Virus record (IMG/VR): IMGVR_UViG_2597489870_000004
Origin: a virus
Taxonomy: Duplodnaviria > Heunggongvirae > Uroviricota > Caudoviricetes
Length of the DNA: 45,587 bases
Reading direction: 5' to 3' (one strand)
The notes beneath the pieces are model-generated. The model did not search any database. It had not been told where the DNA came from and saw only the letters and a list, made by a program, of their open reading frames with translations. Every line of letters starts with the position of its first letter. The first letter of the stretch is position 1. The position numbers were made by a program, and so were the translations under genes. This document shows positions 1 through 10,623 of this stretch, piece by piece.

Positions 1-837
1 GTGCAAAAGAATGGCGATACCTTGTCCGGTGGGCTTACTTTTGAAAACGACTCAATCCTTGCCTGGATTCGAAATACTGACTGGGCGAAGATTGGATTTA
101 AAAATGATGCCGACAGCGATACTGATTCATTCATGTGGTTTGAAACAGGCGACAACGGCAATGAATATTTCAAATGGAGAAGCCGCCAGGGCACCACAAC
201 AAAAGACCTGATGACGCTGAAATGGGATGCACTAAATATTCTTGTTAATGCCGTCATTAATGGCAGCCTTGGAGTTGGTACGACGAATGCGTTAGGTGGT
301 AGCTCTATTGTTCTTGGTGATAATGATACCGGATTTAAACAGAATGGAGACGGTATTCTGGATGTTTACGCTAATAGTCAGCGAGTATTCCGCTTTCAGA
401 ATGGAGTGGCTATTGCTTTTAAAAACATTCAGGCAGGTGATAGTAAAAAATTCTCGCTATCCAGCTCCAACAACTCTACGAAGAACGTAAGGTTTAATTT
501 ATGGGGCACTTCATCAAGACCAACTGTTGCAGAGCTTGGTGATGATTCAGGCTGGCATTTCTATAGTCAGCGAAATACAGATAACTCGGTAATATTTTCT
601 GTTAACGGTCAGATACAGCCCAGCAACTGGGGGAATTTTGATTCACGCTATGTAAAAGATGTTCGCCTGGGTACGCGAGTTGTTCAATTGATGGCGCGTG
701 GTGGTCGTTATGAAAAAGCAGGACACGCAATTACCGGATTAAGAATCATTGGTGAAGTAGATGGCGATGATGAAGCCATCTTCAGACCAATACAAAAATA
801 CATCAATGGCACATGGTATAACGTAGCACAGGTGTAA
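1..837 (+). CDS. Alternate side-tail-fibre C-terminal segment (Sv'-like), 5'-partial at window edge; no own start in window
   Basis: ORF open from base 1; N-terminus (QKNGDTLSGG) resembles residues just after the recombination site of the minus-strand stf gene (QKKQNGADIPG); followed directly by a tfa-like gene; convergent with the expressed stf-tfa pair. Confidence 0.55.
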   Translation: MQKNGDTLSGGLTFENDSILAWIRNTDWAKIGFKNDADSDTDSFMWFETGDNGNEYFKWRSRQGTTTKDLMTLKWDALNILVNAVINGSLGVGTTNALGGSSIVLGDNDTGFKQNGDGILDVYANSQRVFRFQNGVAIAFKNIQAGDSKKFSLSSSNNSTKNVRFNLWGTSSRPTVAELGDDSGWHFYSQRNTDNSVIFSVNGQIQPSNWGNFDSRYVKDVRLGTRVVQLMARGGRYEKAGHAITGLRIIGEVDGDDEAIFRPIQKYINGTWYNVAQV

Positions 838-840
838 ATT

Positions 841-1368
841 ATGCAGCATTTAAAAAATATTAAGTCAGGAAATCCAAAAACAAAAGAGCAATATCAGCTA
901 ACAAAGAATTTTGATGTTATCTGGTTATATACAGAAGACGGTAAAAACTGGTATGAGGAAGTAAATAGCTTTCAGGAAGACACCATAAAGATTGTTTACG
1001 ACGAAAATAATATTATTGTTGCCATAACCAAAGATGCCTCAACGCTTAATCCCGAAGGCTTTAGTGTCGTTGAGATTCCAGATATAACAGTCAATCGTCG
1101 TGCCGATGATTCAGGGAAGTGGATGTTTAAGGACGGAACTGTGGTTAAGCGGATTTATACAGCAGACGAACAGCAACAACAGGCCGAATCACAAAAGGCC
1201 GCATTGCTTTCCGAAGCTGAATCAGTCATCCAGCCACTGGAACGCGCTGCCAGGCTGAATATGGCAACAGACGAGGAGCGCACACGACTGGAGTCATGGG
1301 AACGCTACAGTGTTCTGGTCAGCCGTGTGGATACGGCAAATCCTGAATGGCCACAAAAGCCTGAATAA
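841..1368 (+). CDS. tfa: Tail fibre assembly protein (alternate copy, Tfa/U'-like)
   Basis: 175-aa ORF starting [23 protein letters not shown]-terminal signature shared with the minus-strand tfa copy and with phage Tfa proteins. Confidence 0.8.
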   Translation: MQHLKNIKSGNPKTKEQYQLTKNFDVIWLYTEDGKNWYEEVNSFQEDTIKIVYDENNIIVAITKDASTLNPEGFSVVEIPDITVNRRADDSGKWMFKDGTVVKRIYTADEQQQQAESQKAALLSEAESVIQPLERAARLNMATDEERTRLESWERYSVLVSRVDTANPEWPQKPE

Positions 1369-1394
1369 AAATTAAGGCCCGCTATCGGGCCTTG
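1366..1394 (-). terminator. Hairpin terminator between convergent tfa genes
   Basis: Stem AAGGCCCG / CGGGCCTT (1375-1394) with loop CTAT; T-run follows on the minus strand; lies 3 nt below the stop of the minus-strand tfa and just after the plus-strand tfa. Confidence 0.45.
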
Positions 1395-1396
1395 TC

Positions 1397-1930
1397 TCAT
1401 TCAGGTTGTTCGGGAAACGTTACTGGCAGGCTGGAAGTGTCTGTAGATTCGACTTTCTGCGCAAAGAGTATCCACTCTGTTAATTTTTGTTTACTCTCGT
1501 CGGAAATGATGCCCAGCCGTAGCTGTGAGTCCCATAACTGGGTTTTATCCCTGACAAGTTGCAACAGGCTTTGCTTTTCATTCTCTGCCTGCTGCCTCTG
1601 CTCTTCCCCGGTATAAGTTCGCTTTATCACTACGCCATCTTTGAACATCCATTTACCCGAAATATCAGCCCGGCGATTTGCTGTAATATCAGGTAATTCA
1701 ACGACGCTTGCGCCTTCTGGATTAATTGCTGAAACATCCTTTTCAATACAAATAATAACGCCGTTACGGTCATAGACCATTTTCAACGTATCAGGCTGAA
1801 AGTTCTTTTGTTCCTCATACCAGTTTTTTCCATCATCTGAATAAAGCCATTTGATGTTAAATTGTTTCGTTAGCTGGTATTGCTCTTTTGTTTTAGGGTT
1901 GCCAGCAGTAATGTTTTTTAAGTGCATCAT
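1397..1930 (-). CDS. tfa: Tail fibre assembly protein
   Basis: 177-aa [33 protein letters not shown], immediately downstream of stf; Tfa family signature. Confidence 0.85.
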   Translation of the reverse strand: MMHLKNITAGNPKTKEQYQLTKQFNIKWLYSDDGKNWYEEQKNFQPDTLKMVYDRNGVIICIEKDVSAINPEGASVVELPDITANRRADISGKWMFKDGVVIKRTYTGEEQRQQAENEKQSLLQLVRDKTQLWDSQLRLGIISDESKQKLTEWILFAQKVESTDTSSLPVTFPEQPE

Positions 1931-1932
1931 AA

Positions 1933-4900
1933 TTAAATACTCCCCGCGTTATACCACCTTCCATTAATGCAATACTGAATTGGCCTTGCCTGAGTTGTAT
2001 CAATTAATTCATCACGGTTTCCGTTAACTGAACCCGTAACGACATAACCTGACCTGTCAGACCAGCCGGGACCATTCCATGTCTGAACAGATGACAGACC
2101 GCCCAGGCGAATACCTGTAATAAACCTTGAGTTACATTCTGCCTGCGTATATGCACCAACATCCCCCGCAGAGGGTTTGCGGGTTGTGGTGTAAAACTCT
2201 GACCAGTTAGCTTCAAAGCCATAACCATCACGCGCTGAACGATAAAAGATACCGCCGTTTTTATAATTCACGCGGAACTGTACAGCAGGGCAACTCCCCG
2301 CATTCATATTAAAGTGGAGGATTAATGTCGATGCGCCACTGATATCTGCATCATAAACGCCGCTATTCCAGTTCCAGCCAACAGCTTTATCATTTGCAAC
2401 CCTGCTTCCTGTTTGCCCTAAAGCAAATGCAGGCTGCTGGTTTTTCGTGTTGTAGTCTCGTCGCCAGCCAGGAGCATAAGCATCACCATGATTAATATAG
2501 GTGAATTGAGCGTTAGTAATTCCGCCACCGCTGGATGTACTCGGCGTAGTAACGCGTATGGTCATTGCGCCGCGAGTGCCAATAACTTCCACCACAGCAC
2601 CTGCAAGACAAATATTTCCGCAACCTGTATCTGTAATGACCTTATTGTTTGCATAAGCCCATGAGCCTTTGCACATCCAGTAAGGATGGTTAAATGCCCC
2701 CTGACTCTCCAGCCACGAAATGAATTGTGCGGTTGTCCAGGTCTGACTATCGCCACCAATATTCAGCCATGCGCTATATGCGCGGCAGGCACCAATATTT
2801 TTGGTGAAGGTATCTTTTCCTGGAATATCTGCGCCGTTCTGTTTTTTCTGTAATGCGCCAGAAGCCTGATTTACCGTTTCCTGTAAACCGAGGTATTCGA
2901 TAACAGCGGCAACGGTCGATTTCGCAAGAATATCCCGCCCGACTTTTGTCAGAGTTGCCAGGCTGGCGACATCATTCCCCGTAAAATACGGAAACTTGTC
3001 TGCCGCAGTAGCAAGCCCGGCCAGCGCCGTCAGGGTGGCATCTTTCGGTTGCTTACCCGCAAGCGCTTTAGTCATGGTGGTCGCAAAATTCGGGTCGTTT
3101 CCCAGCGCCGCCGCTAACTCGTTCAACGTATTCAGTGCGTCAGGCGACGAGTCTACAAGTGCGGCAATCGCGGCCATCACATAAGCCGTGCTTGCGATCT
3201 GAGTATTATTAGTCCCTTTTGGCGCAGTTGGCGTTGTTGGCGTTCCGGTCAGTGCAGGACTATTTAAGGGCGCTTTCTTGTTCGTTTCATCCATTACCGC
3301 CTTAACAGCTTTTGGCGTCGCAGCCAGCGTTTCAGATGTGCTGTTAGTGGCGCTACTGAGCTGAACTATCCCTTTTCGTGCCGTCGTTGCGTCCTGAGCG
3401 GTATATTTTGCGTTAGCAAGGTCATATGCTGCCTTTACTGCCTTTGGTGTTGCCGCCAGTGACTCGGAAGTGCTGTTAGTGGCGCTACTGAGCTGAACTA
3501 TCCCTTTTCGTGCCGTCGTTGCGTCCTGAGCGGTATATTTTGCGTTAGCAAGGTCATAGGCTGCTTTTACTGCCTTTGGCGTTGCCGCCAGCGTTTCAGA
3601 CGTGCTGTTGGTCGCACTGCTGAGCTGTACTATCCCCTTTTTCGTCGTGCTCGCATCCTCAAGCGCCACGGCGGATGCAATATCCTCTGCCCGTTTTGCC
3701 GCTGTCTCGGCGCGCGTTGCCGCGGATTCCGCCGTACTTTTGCTCTGAGCTGCCGCCGTCGCACTGCCAGCTGCCTCTGTCGCCTTCGTGGATGCCGTCG
3801 TGGCGCTGCCCTTTGCTGCTGACGCCTGTCTGGTCGCCTCATCTTTTGAAGCAGACGCAGATGATGCCGATGACGCCGCCGAACTGGCGGACGATGCGGC
3901 AGCCGTTTTTGAGGATTCTGCGCTGGTTTCCGACGCTTTCGCGTTCGTCTCGGATGTCTTCGCTGCGGAAGCAGACCTCGCTGCTGCGCTGGCCTGTACA
4001 GCGGCTTCGCCAGCATTCGTTGTGGCTGTTGAAGCGGACGATGCAGCACTTTCTGCCGATTTTCCGGCGGCGGTGGCACTGGCTGAGGCCTGCCCGGCAC
4101 TTGTTGACGCGGCACTGGCAGACGACGCAGCCGCTGTTTTTGAGCCTGCCGCAGCTGAGGCGCTCTGTCCCGCTGCCGTTTCAGAAGACCTGGCGTTCGT
4201 CTCGGACGTTTTTGCCGCCTTCGCAGAATTTGCTGCCGCCGTTGCCGAGGAAGCTGCGCTGCTGGCGCTCGAGGCTGCGTTCGTTTCTGATGATTTTGCC
4301 GCCTCTTTTGAAGCCGACGCATCCCGTGCTGAAGTGGCTGCTTCTGACGCTTTCGTGGTCGCAGTGGATGCAGAAGTGGCTGCTGATTGTTGTGACACTG
4401 CCGCATTCGTTTCTGACGTTTTCGCCGCACCGGCACTGGTAGCCGCCGCGCTTTTTGAGGACTCTGCAGCGGCAGCACTTTTTGATGCCTCAGAGGCTTT
4501 TGCTGATGCCGTTCCTGCGCTGGAAGACGCTGACTGAGCCGACGACGCGGCCTGTCCGGCTGACGTGCTGGCTGCACGTGCTGAGCCTGCAGCATCAGTC
4601 GCATGGGTTGCCGCCTCACGGGCAGATGTGCTGGCATCACTGGCTGACTTCTTCGCGGCTGCCGTGTTCTGTGCCACTGCGGACGCGTTACGCGCCACCT
4701 CTTCCACCATCAGTTCAAAACGTCGCAATGCCTCCGGACGGGCATCATCCTCCGTCATGGCACCGAGAAAATCATTCAGCGTACCGGGTTGAGAATCTTC
4801 ATACACGGTGATGGTCCCGGCATGTGACGGCGGGAATCCCTCCACCAACAGAATAACGCTGTACTGACCGTACTCAACGTCCATGCTGTAACGCCCGGCT

Positions 4901-5034
4901 TCATCCGGATTTTCTGAGGCCAGCGTGTTCACCACCACCGTGGTGCTGTTACGTTTTGCTTTCAGCTGGATTGTGCAGTTCTGTACCGGTTTTCCTGTGC
5001 CGTCTTTCAGTACACCTGAAATCTTTACTGCCAT
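1933..5034 (-). CDS. stf: Side tail fibre protein Stf (lambda Stf-like N-terminal two-thirds, different C-terminal receptor domain)
   Basis: Translation MAVKISGVLKDGTGKPVQNCTIQLKAKRNSTT... matches the remembered lambda Stf N-terminus through the Ala/Ser-rich region; start set at second ATG (5034) with GGGGTG upstream; first ATG is at 5040. Confidence 0.9.
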   Translation of the reverse strand: MAVKISGVLKDGTGKPVQNCTIQLKAKRNSTTVVVNTLASENPDEAGRYSMDVEYGQYSVILLVEGFPPSHAGTITVYEDSQPGTLNDFLGAMTEDDARPEALRRFELMVEEVARNASAVAQNTAAAKKSASDASTSAREAATHATDAAGSARAASTSAGQAASSAQSASSSAGTASAKASEASKSAAAAESSKSAAATSAGAAKTSETNAAVSQQSAATSASTATTKASEAATSARDASASKEAAKSSETNAASSASSAASSATAAANSAKAAKTSETNARSSETAAGQSASAAAGSKTAAASSASAASTSAGQASASATAAGKSAESAASSASTATTNAGEAAVQASAAARSASAAKTSETNAKASETSAESSKTAAASSASSAASSASSASASKDEATRQASAAKGSATTASTKATEAAGSATAAAQSKSTAESAATRAETAAKRAEDIASAVALEDASTTKKGIVQLSSATNSTSETLAATPKAVKAAYDLANAKYTAQDATTARKGIVQLSSATNSTSESLAATPKAVKAAYDLANAKYTAQDATTARKGIVQLSSATNSTSETLAATPKAVKAVMDETNKKAPLNSPALTGTPTTPTAPKGTNNTQIASTAYVMAAIAALVDSSPDALNTLNELAAALGNDPNFATTMTKALAGKQPKDATLTALAGLATAADKFPYFTGNDVASLATLTKVGRDILAKSTVAAVIEYLGLQETVNQASGALQKKQNGADIPGKDTFTKNIGACRAYSAWLNIGGDSQTWTTAQFISWLESQGAFNHPYWMCKGSWAYANNKVITDTGCGNICLAGAVVEVIGTRGAMTIRVTTPSTSSGGGITNAQFTYINHGDAYAPGWRRDYNTKNQQPAFALGQTGSRVANDKAVGWNWNSGVYDADISGASTLILHFNMNAGSCPAVQFRVNYKNGGIFYRSARDGYGFEANWSEFYTTTRKPSAGDVGAYTQAECNSRFITGIRLGGLSSVQTWNGPGWSDRSGYVVTGSVNGNRDELIDTTQARPIQYCINGRWYNAGSI
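2878..2903. other. gix/hix-like 26-bp recombination site for a serine invertase, inside stf
   Basis: Sequence ttcctgtaaaccgaggtattcgataa closely resembles the remembered Mu gixL site (TTCCTGTAAACCGAGGTTTTGGATAA); positioned at the constant/variable boundary of the tail fibre. Confidence 0.55.
3338..3733 (-). repeat. Three tandem in-frame 132-bp repeats (44-aa units) within stf
   Basis: Direct repeat unit starting gtgctgttagtggcgctactgagc at 3338 and 3470 (near identical), third diverged copy from 3602; encodes repeated GIVQLSSATNSTSE(T/S)LAATPKAVKA... modules. Confidence 0.8.
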
Positions 5035-5044
5035 ATTCACCCCA

Positions 5045-5072
5045 CAAAAAAGCCCGCCTGAACCGGCGGGCT
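5045..5072 (-). terminator. Rho-independent terminator downstream of lom
   Basis: Hairpin agcccgcc-tgaacc-ggcgggct (5051-5072) followed on the minus strand by a T6 run. Confidence 0.6.
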
Positions 5073-5098
5073 GTCATAACACTGTGTTACCTGGCTAA

Positions 5099-5698
5099 TC
5101 AGAATTTATAACCAACACCCACGATGAACCCGTCAGTGCGCCAGTCGCCACTACCGGAGCCTTCATAAGCGACATCAATGGCCACGGATTCGGTCGGGTT
5201 AAACTGCACGCCAGCTCCCCACGCCAGAGACGTGTTGCTGTGGCGACCGTCATCACTTCCGGTCAGCACATCGTGCGTTTTCCCCTTGTTGTCAGTTACG
5301 CGGATATAATCTCCGGAGAAAGTCGAAACACGGCTGTAAGCCATACCCGCCATCGCATACGCGCTGAACCATTCATTCACGCGCACAGACGGCCCCGCCA
5401 TCACGCTGAACCAGCGGTTACGCACGAAATCCTCATGCCAGCGGGTATCGCTGTAATGCGTTTTTTGCTCATCTTCAGCGTTGGCATAACTGAATGACGT
5501 AATCAGCCCCAGCGTGTCCGTAAACTCATAACGGTATTTCACGTTAATCCCGTTCAGATTATCGCTGCCGGGAGCGTTCGTACGGGCATGAAGATACCCT
5601 GCGCTCAGTGTGGCCTGCTGCTCAGACGCCCATGCAGGCGCACCGGATACGGCCAGACAGATGGCTGCGGACAAAATGGCTGCACAAACTTTACGCAT
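5099..5698 (-). CDS. lom: Lom outer membrane protein (Ail/PagC/Lom family beta-barrel)
   Basis: 199-aa ORF with signal peptide and C-terminus ...AYEGSGSGDWRTDGFIVGVGYKF identical in style to lambda Lom; located between J and stf as in lambda. Confidence 0.9.
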   Translation of the reverse strand: MRKVCAAILSAAICLAVSGAPAWASEQQATLSAGYLHARTNAPGSDNLNGINVKYRYEFTDTLGLITSFSYANAEDEQKTHYSDTRWHEDFVRNRWFSVMAGPSVRVNEWFSAYAMAGMAYSRVSTFSGDYIRVTDNKGKTHDVLTGSDDGRHSNTSLAWGAGVQFNPTESVAIDVAYEGSGSGDWRTDGFIVGVGYKF

Positions 5699-5721
5699 AA
5701 TTACCTCTCGCTTTTCTGCAA

Positions 5722-5746
5722 TAAAAAAGGCGCCATTTCTGGCGCC
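5722..5746 (-). terminator. Rho-independent terminator downstream of J
   Basis: Hairpin ggcgccatttctggcgcc (5729-5746) followed on the minus strand by a T-run. Confidence 0.55.
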
Positions 5747-5765
5747 CGTATATGGGTTATAAAAT

Positions 5766-8700
5766 TCAGCTGATACTGATGCCTGCGGTGGCTTTCTTCA
5801 TCACCACAACCAGCAAATCGCTGATACTTGCTGTGGGATACCAGTCATTTACCAGCCATGCTGACACCGAAAACTCCAGCGTCATGTGGCCGTGACCAGC
5901 TGGCATATCAATAACACCACTGTAAATCAGCGTATTATCCAGCGCGGTACGGTTATAAATTTCAGCACCATTTTTCTTCACTATCAGGCGGCATGACGAA
6001 TAAATATCGTTATTCTCCCGCTCATGTTTAGCGCCGCAGAATGCCACCGCCGGAATAACAATTTGCCTGTCAAAAGGCTGATCGTCATAAATCCTGACGG
6101 TAATGGTCCCTGATGGCCACCGCTCCGGTGCCCGGGAGTCCCGCGGAAAAGCCTTACCCACTGTTTTGACAATATCGCCTTCAATCTGGTTGGCTGACAG
6201 TTTCCCTTTAATCTGACAGTTCTCATTTATCGTAACGTTGTTGAGCGTCCCGGCGTTAGCATTCACACTGCCACTGATATCCGCATTTTTCGCCGTCAGT
6301 CGCCCGTCCGGTGTCAGGGAAAATGCCGGATGATTACCGCCGCTGGTAATGGTGGGAGCCGTCAGATATTTCAGGAACACTTCATTCATGAATATCTGAT
6401 CACCCTGACCAACAAACATCGGTTTTGTGTTGCCATTTGCAGGATTAATCATCGCAATCCTGTCCGCCGCCAGCAGCACCTGACTCTGCATGCCGTCAGG
6501 GGTGTTCTCAATACCGGCACCAATACCCGCGATATAAAGGCGTCCGTCCTGCATCTGCTGCAGCTTCACAGCCCACATGCTGTTCAGGTTATTATTTGTA
6601 TCAACCTGAACCTTCTGTATCTGCTGAATTGCCGCACTCTGGTCTTCCAGTTTCTTATTGACGGTCTGCGTGATTTCATTGCTGACATCCGTAATGGACG
6701 TCCTGATTTCAGTCAGGTCAGGCGCAAGCTGACCGTTATCAATCTGCGTCCACAGCTCCTGAGCCAGATGGGTTTTCCCTATCTCGCCTTTGAAAAAATC
6801 CAGATAGCCGGATGCATCATCACTCGGCTGACCAACAGCCTCCACGAATGCCGATTTGCCAACGGTGTTCACACTGCGAACGTAAAAATAATAATCATGG
6901 CCCGGTTTGATATTGATACTGGCGGCTATCCAGTACAGCGCCGTACCAAGATAACGCGCGCTGGTTTCAACCTGCCTGATATCAGCAATCCGTTTTTCCG
7001 AGAACCAGAACTCAAACTGTACCGTCGGATCATAAACCGCAAGATGCGGCGTGGCGGTTATCTGAAAATAGCCCGGCGTCAGCTCAATCCGCGACGGTGC
7101 TGCCGGTGCGGCAATCCGGAACAATACCGACGCCGGATCGCCCTGCTGCCCCCAGGCATTTGCCGCCCTGACTGTCAGCCTGTAGTTTCCCAGCGCCAGT
7201 TGCGTGAAGCGGTATGTGGTTTCCGTCGTCCGGGCCGTGCTGACCAGCCGCTCACTGCCGTCGTCTGCTGCCACAGTCAGGCGAAGCATAAAGCTCACCC
7301 CCTTCACCACCTTCGGCGTGTCCCATCGCGCCAGCACCTGATATTCCCCGCTGTCTGCAGTGACTTCGGCGGTCAGATGCTGCACTGCTGACGGCGTGAC
7401 ACCATTCACCGTGCCGCTCTGATCACCGTCAAAGTGCGCCCCGTTATCCACGATGGCCTCTTTCTCCGGCACATGCTGCACGGCAGTGATGGCATACGTG
7501 CCGTCGTCGTTCTCACGGATACTCACGCAGCGGAACAGGCGCTGGCGCAGCGTCGGCAGCTTAAGCCCCCACACGCTGTATTCAGCAACACCGTCAGGAA
7601 CCCGGCTCACTTTTACCTTCACGCCGTCGGTGACGGACTGAACCTCCACGCTGACCGGACTCCCCTGCCCGTCAACCAGGCTTATCAGCGTGGTGCCGGA
7701 GGCTGGCAGCGTGATTTCACGGTCGAGCGTCAGTGTCCGCGTCTGGCTGTTCACCGCCAGCACGCGCCCGCCGGTGCTGATGCCCGCATAGTCATCATCG
7801 CAGATTTCAATGACATCGCCCGGTACATGGCGAAGCCCTTCGGCACCCACGCTGAAGTCCACGGTCTGCGTTTCCAGCAGTTCCGTTTTAATCAGCCACA
7901 GCCCGGCTCGGTGTGCCTGCCCCCGACTGGTACAACCAAAGGCATCCATCTTCGTGACATTACGACCGTAACGGGCAATGGCCTGCGTATCTTCAACAAG
8001 CTCTGTCGCCGTCTCCCAACCGTTGTTCGGGTCAATCCAGTTCACCTCAACGGCATTATGGCGGTCCTTCAGGGCGCTGAAGCTGTAGCGGAACGGCGCG
8101 CCATCATCCGGCATCACCACATTACTGCGGTTATAGGTCCACACCTTATCCGACGGTCGGTCCTGCACGAACGTCAGCGTCTGCCCGTTCCATACCGGCA
8201 TACAGCGCATCGCCGAGCAGAAATCACTGAGCACATCCCACGCCTTGCGCTGTGTGGTCAGGTAAGCGTTACAGGTGATGCGCGGCTCCGTGCCGCCAAA
8301 GCCGTTCGGCACCGACTGGTCGCAATTCTGGCCGATGACATACAGCGCCCATTTATCCACATCCGCCACACCAAGACGTTTCCCCATGCCGTAGCGCGGA
8401 TGGGTCAGCATATCCCACAGACACCAGGCCATGTTGTTGCTGTATGCTGGCTTAAACGTTCCGTCCCAGATACCGCTGTATTGCCGCGTCTGCGGGTTAT
8501 AGTTCGACGGCACCTGCAGAATGCGCCCGCGCAGATGATAATTACGGCTCACCTGCTGGCTGCCGAACTGCTCCGAGTCCACCTGCACGCCGACCAGTGC
8601 CGTGTTCGGGTAGCCCTGTTTCACATCGATGATTTCGGTGTATGACGACCAGAGCGTTTTGTTCTGCAGCTGGTCTGTGGTGCTGTCCGGCGTCATCCTG

Positions 8701-9245
8701 CGCATCCGTATATTGAACGGGCGCGGCGGCAGGTTACCCACCACCACCGAGGCCAGATACTGCGAGGTGGTTTTGCCCTTAATGGTGATGTCTTTTTCCG
8801 TCACCCAGCCACCATTACGCTGGATCTGAACCAGCAGGCGGACTTCCGACGGATTCCGGTCCCCCTTTGAGGTGGTTTCCACCAGTGCCTGCACACCGAA
8901 GGTAAAGCGCAGACGGTCGATGTTTGCAGACGTGATGGTCCGGGTGATCGGCGTGTCGTATTTCACTTCCGTACCCAGCACCGTCTCGGAACCGGAGGAT
9001 TCAAATCCCTCCGGCGGTGTCTGCTCCTGCTCACCTGCCCGGAACACCACCGTGACACCGGAGATGTTGGTATTCCCCTCACTGTCCAGCACCGGTGTAC
9101 TGTTCAGCAGCACGCTTTTTAATCCATCCACCGGACCTTCAATCGGCCCTTCGCTGATGGCATCGATCACACTCAGCAGCTGCGTGGATTTCAGGTTATC
9201 CTTCGCTTCGCGCGGGGTATGCCCCTTACTGCTGCCTTTACCCAT
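5766..9245 (-). CDS. J: Tail tip / host specificity protein J
   Basis: 1159-aa ORF starting [48 protein letters not shown], matching remembered lambda J; position after I. Confidence 0.95.
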   Translation of the reverse strand: MGKGSSKGHTPREAKDNLKSTQLLSVIDAISEGPIEGPVDGLKSVLLNSTPVLDSEGNTNISGVTVVFRAGEQEQTPPEGFESSGSETVLGTEVKYDTPITRTITSANIDRLRFTFGVQALVETTSKGDRNPSEVRLLVQIQRNGGWVTEKDITIKGKTTSQYLASVVVGNLPPRPFNIRMRRMTPDSTTDQLQNKTLWSSYTEIIDVKQGYPNTALVGVQVDSEQFGSQQVSRNYHLRGRILQVPSNYNPQTRQYSGIWDGTFKPAYSNNMAWCLWDMLTHPRYGMGKRLGVADVDKWALYVIGQNCDQSVPNGFGGTEPRITCNAYLTTQRKAWDVLSDFCSAMRCMPVWNGQTLTFVQDRPSDKVWTYNRSNVVMPDDGAPFRYSFSALKDRHNAVEVNWIDPNNGWETATELVEDTQAIARYGRNVTKMDAFGCTSRGQAHRAGLWLIKTELLETQTVDFSVGAEGLRHVPGDVIEICDDDYAGISTGGRVLAVNSQTRTLTLDREITLPASGTTLISLVDGQGSPVSVEVQSVTDGVKVKVSRVPDGVAEYSVWGLKLPTLRQRLFRCVSIRENDDGTYAITAVQHVPEKEAIVDNGAHFDGDQSGTVNGVTPSAVQHLTAEVTADSGEYQVLARWDTPKVVKGVSFMLRLTVAADDGSERLVSTARTTETTYRFTQLALGNYRLTVRAANAWGQQGDPASVLFRIAAPAAPSRIELTPGYFQITATPHLAVYDPTVQFEFWFSEKRIADIRQVETSARYLGTALYWIAASINIKPGHDYYFYVRSVNTVGKSAFVEAVGQPSDDASGYLDFFKGEIGKTHLAQELWTQIDNGQLAPDLTEIRTSITDVSNEITQTVNKKLEDQSAAIQQIQKVQVDTNNNLNSMWAVKLQQMQDGRLYIAGIGAGIENTPDGMQSQVLLAADRIAMINPANGNTKPMFVGQGDQIFMNEVFLKYLTAPTITSGGNHPAFSLTPDGRLTAKNADISGSVNANAGTLNNVTINENCQIKGKLSANQIEGDIVKTVGKAFPRDSRAPERWPSGTITVRIYDDQPFDRQIVIPAVAFCGAKHERENNDIYSSCRLIVKKNGAEIYNRTALDNTLIYSGVIDMPAGHGHMTLEFSVSAWLVNDWYPTASISDLLVVVMKKATAGISIS

Positions 9246-9305
9246 TCGTCATGCTCCATAAACGACAAAACCGCCCGGAGGCGGTTTCACATAAAACATT
9301 TTGCA

Positions 9306-9977
9306 TCAGCGACCAATCACCACAACCTGACCACCGTCCCCTTCGTCTGCCGTGCTGATCTCCTGAGAAACCACCCGCGACCCCACACGCATTTCACCGT
9401 ACAGAACAGGCAGAACATTGCCCTGAGCAACCATGTTATCCAGTGAGGAAAAATAGGTGTTCTGTTTGCCGTTATCCGTTGTCTGTGTACGGGGAGTTCT
9501 GGCTTTCGGTGCCAGCATCTGCGCCACACCACCGAGCACCATACTGGCACCGAGAGAAAACAGGATGCCGGTCATACCACCGGCCCCAATGGCTGCCCCC
9601 CATGCTGCAAGGGTGGCTCCGGCAGTAAAGAATGATCCGGCAATGGCGGCAGCTCCCAGGACAATCTGGAATACACCACCTGACTTGGCCCCGGCGACTC
9701 TGGGAACAATATGAATCACAGCGCCATCAGGCAGAGTCTCATGTAACTGCGCCGTTAATCCGGACGTGCTGACATCCCGCCCGGCAATCCGTACCTGATA
9801 CCAGCCGTCGCTCAGTTTCTGACGAAACACCGGGAGCTGTGTGGCCAGTGCGCGGATAGCTTCAGCCCCCGTTTTCACACGAAGGTCGATGCGGCGGCCA
9901 AATCGTTGCAAATCCCCGTAAAGGCAGATGCGCGCCATGCCCGGTGACGCCAGAGGGAGTGTGTGCGTCGCTGCCAT
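9306..9977 (-). CDS. I: Tail assembly protein I
   Basis: 223 aa, same length as lambda I; overlaps K 3' end by about 100 nt in another frame as in lambda. Confidence 0.9.
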   Translation of the reverse strand: MAATHTLPLASPGMARICLYGDLQRFGRRIDLRVKTGAEAIRALATQLPVFRQKLSDGWYQVRIAGRDVSTSGLTAQLHETLPDGAVIHIVPRVAGAKSGGVFQIVLGAAAIAGSFFTAGATLAAWGAAIGAGGMTGILFSLGASMVLGGVAQMLAPKARTPRTQTTDNGKQNTYFSSLDNMVAQGNVLPVLYGEMRVGSRVVSQEISTADEGDGGQVVVIGR

Positions 9978-10618
9978 TTGTCGGTATACCTCTCTCGTTT
10001 GCTCAGTTGTTCAGGAATATGGTGCAGCAGCTCGCCATCACCACAGTAAATGGCGGCATGATTCGGCACCGATGAACCAAAACAGCACAGCAGCACATCG
10101 CCCGGCTGCGCCGCTGACAACGGCACCTGATACAGCCCTGTGGCCTCCAGATTATCCAGATAGAGATTCTGACCGTTACGCCACCAGTCATCCCCGCGAT
10201 GAAAATCCGGCATCTCAATTCCCGCCAGATGGTAAGTGTCCCGGAACAGCGTGTAACAGTCCGTTACCCCGTGCTCAAAGCGCCGCCCGGTGAGATGCGG
10301 CACACAGCGGAACTTATGAATCGCCCCCCGGCAGACCAGCCACCACGGCAAATCACTCTGTACCTGCAGCCGCCGGTCGGCCTCACTCAGCCAGGGCAGA
10401 CCACCGGGGTGGCTGTGGACCAGCGCCACAATCTCTCCCTGCATTTCTGCACTCAGCCAGTCCTCCGGCGACATCCGGAAATACTCCTCCGGCTCACCGG
10501 AGATATTCACGCAGGGAAAATATCTTTCCTCCTCCGGCGTTCTCACCACGAAGCCGCACGACTCCGCTGGCGCACATCGCCGGGCGTGCGCCAGAATCGC
10601 TGATTCTGTCTCTGTCAT
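9875..10618 (-). CDS. K: Tail assembly protein K (MPN/JAMM plus NlpC/P60-like); start uncertain (10618 or internal ATG at 10474 giving 199 aa)
   Basis: HSHPGG JAMM-like motif and Cys-containing C-terminal domain; synteny L-K-I; maximal ORF abuts L stop. Confidence 0.85.
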   Translation of the reverse strand: MTETESAILAHARRCAPAESCGFVVRTPEEERYFPCVNISGEPEEYFRMSPEDWLSAEMQGEIVALVHSHPGGLPWLSEADRRLQVQSDLPWWLVCRGAIHKFRCVPHLTGRRFEHGVTDCYTLFRDTYHLAGIEMPDFHRGDDWWRNGQNLYLDNLEATGLYQVPLSAAQPGDVLLCCFGSSVPNHAAIYCGDGELLHHIPEQLSKRERYTDKWQRRTHSLWRHRAWRASAFTGICNDLAAASTFV

Positions 10619-10623
10619 GGGAT

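Noticed and set aside
3338-3733. Tandem repeats considered as a CRISPR array
   Set aside because: Repeats are 132 bp, contiguous, in-frame and inside a tail fibre gene; no spacers and no cas genes.
3630-4640. 336-aa Arg/Gln-rich minus-strand ORF and 249-aa Ala-rich plus-strand ORF overlapping stf
   Set aside because: Alternative frames of the Ala/Ser-rich fibre region; the stf frame is the one matching lambda Stf.
6330-8645. Long plus-strand ORFs (353 and 403 aa) inside the J gene region
   Set aside because: Antisense to a gene with strong lambda J homology; Arg/His-rich low-complexity translations typical of the wrong strand of GC-rich coding DNA.
9875-10618. Whether K is 199 aa (lambda annotation) or 247 aa
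   Set aside because: Not resolved; reported the maximal ORF because the N-terminal extension is conserved-looking and abuts the L stop, but the internal ATG at 10474 is equally plausible.
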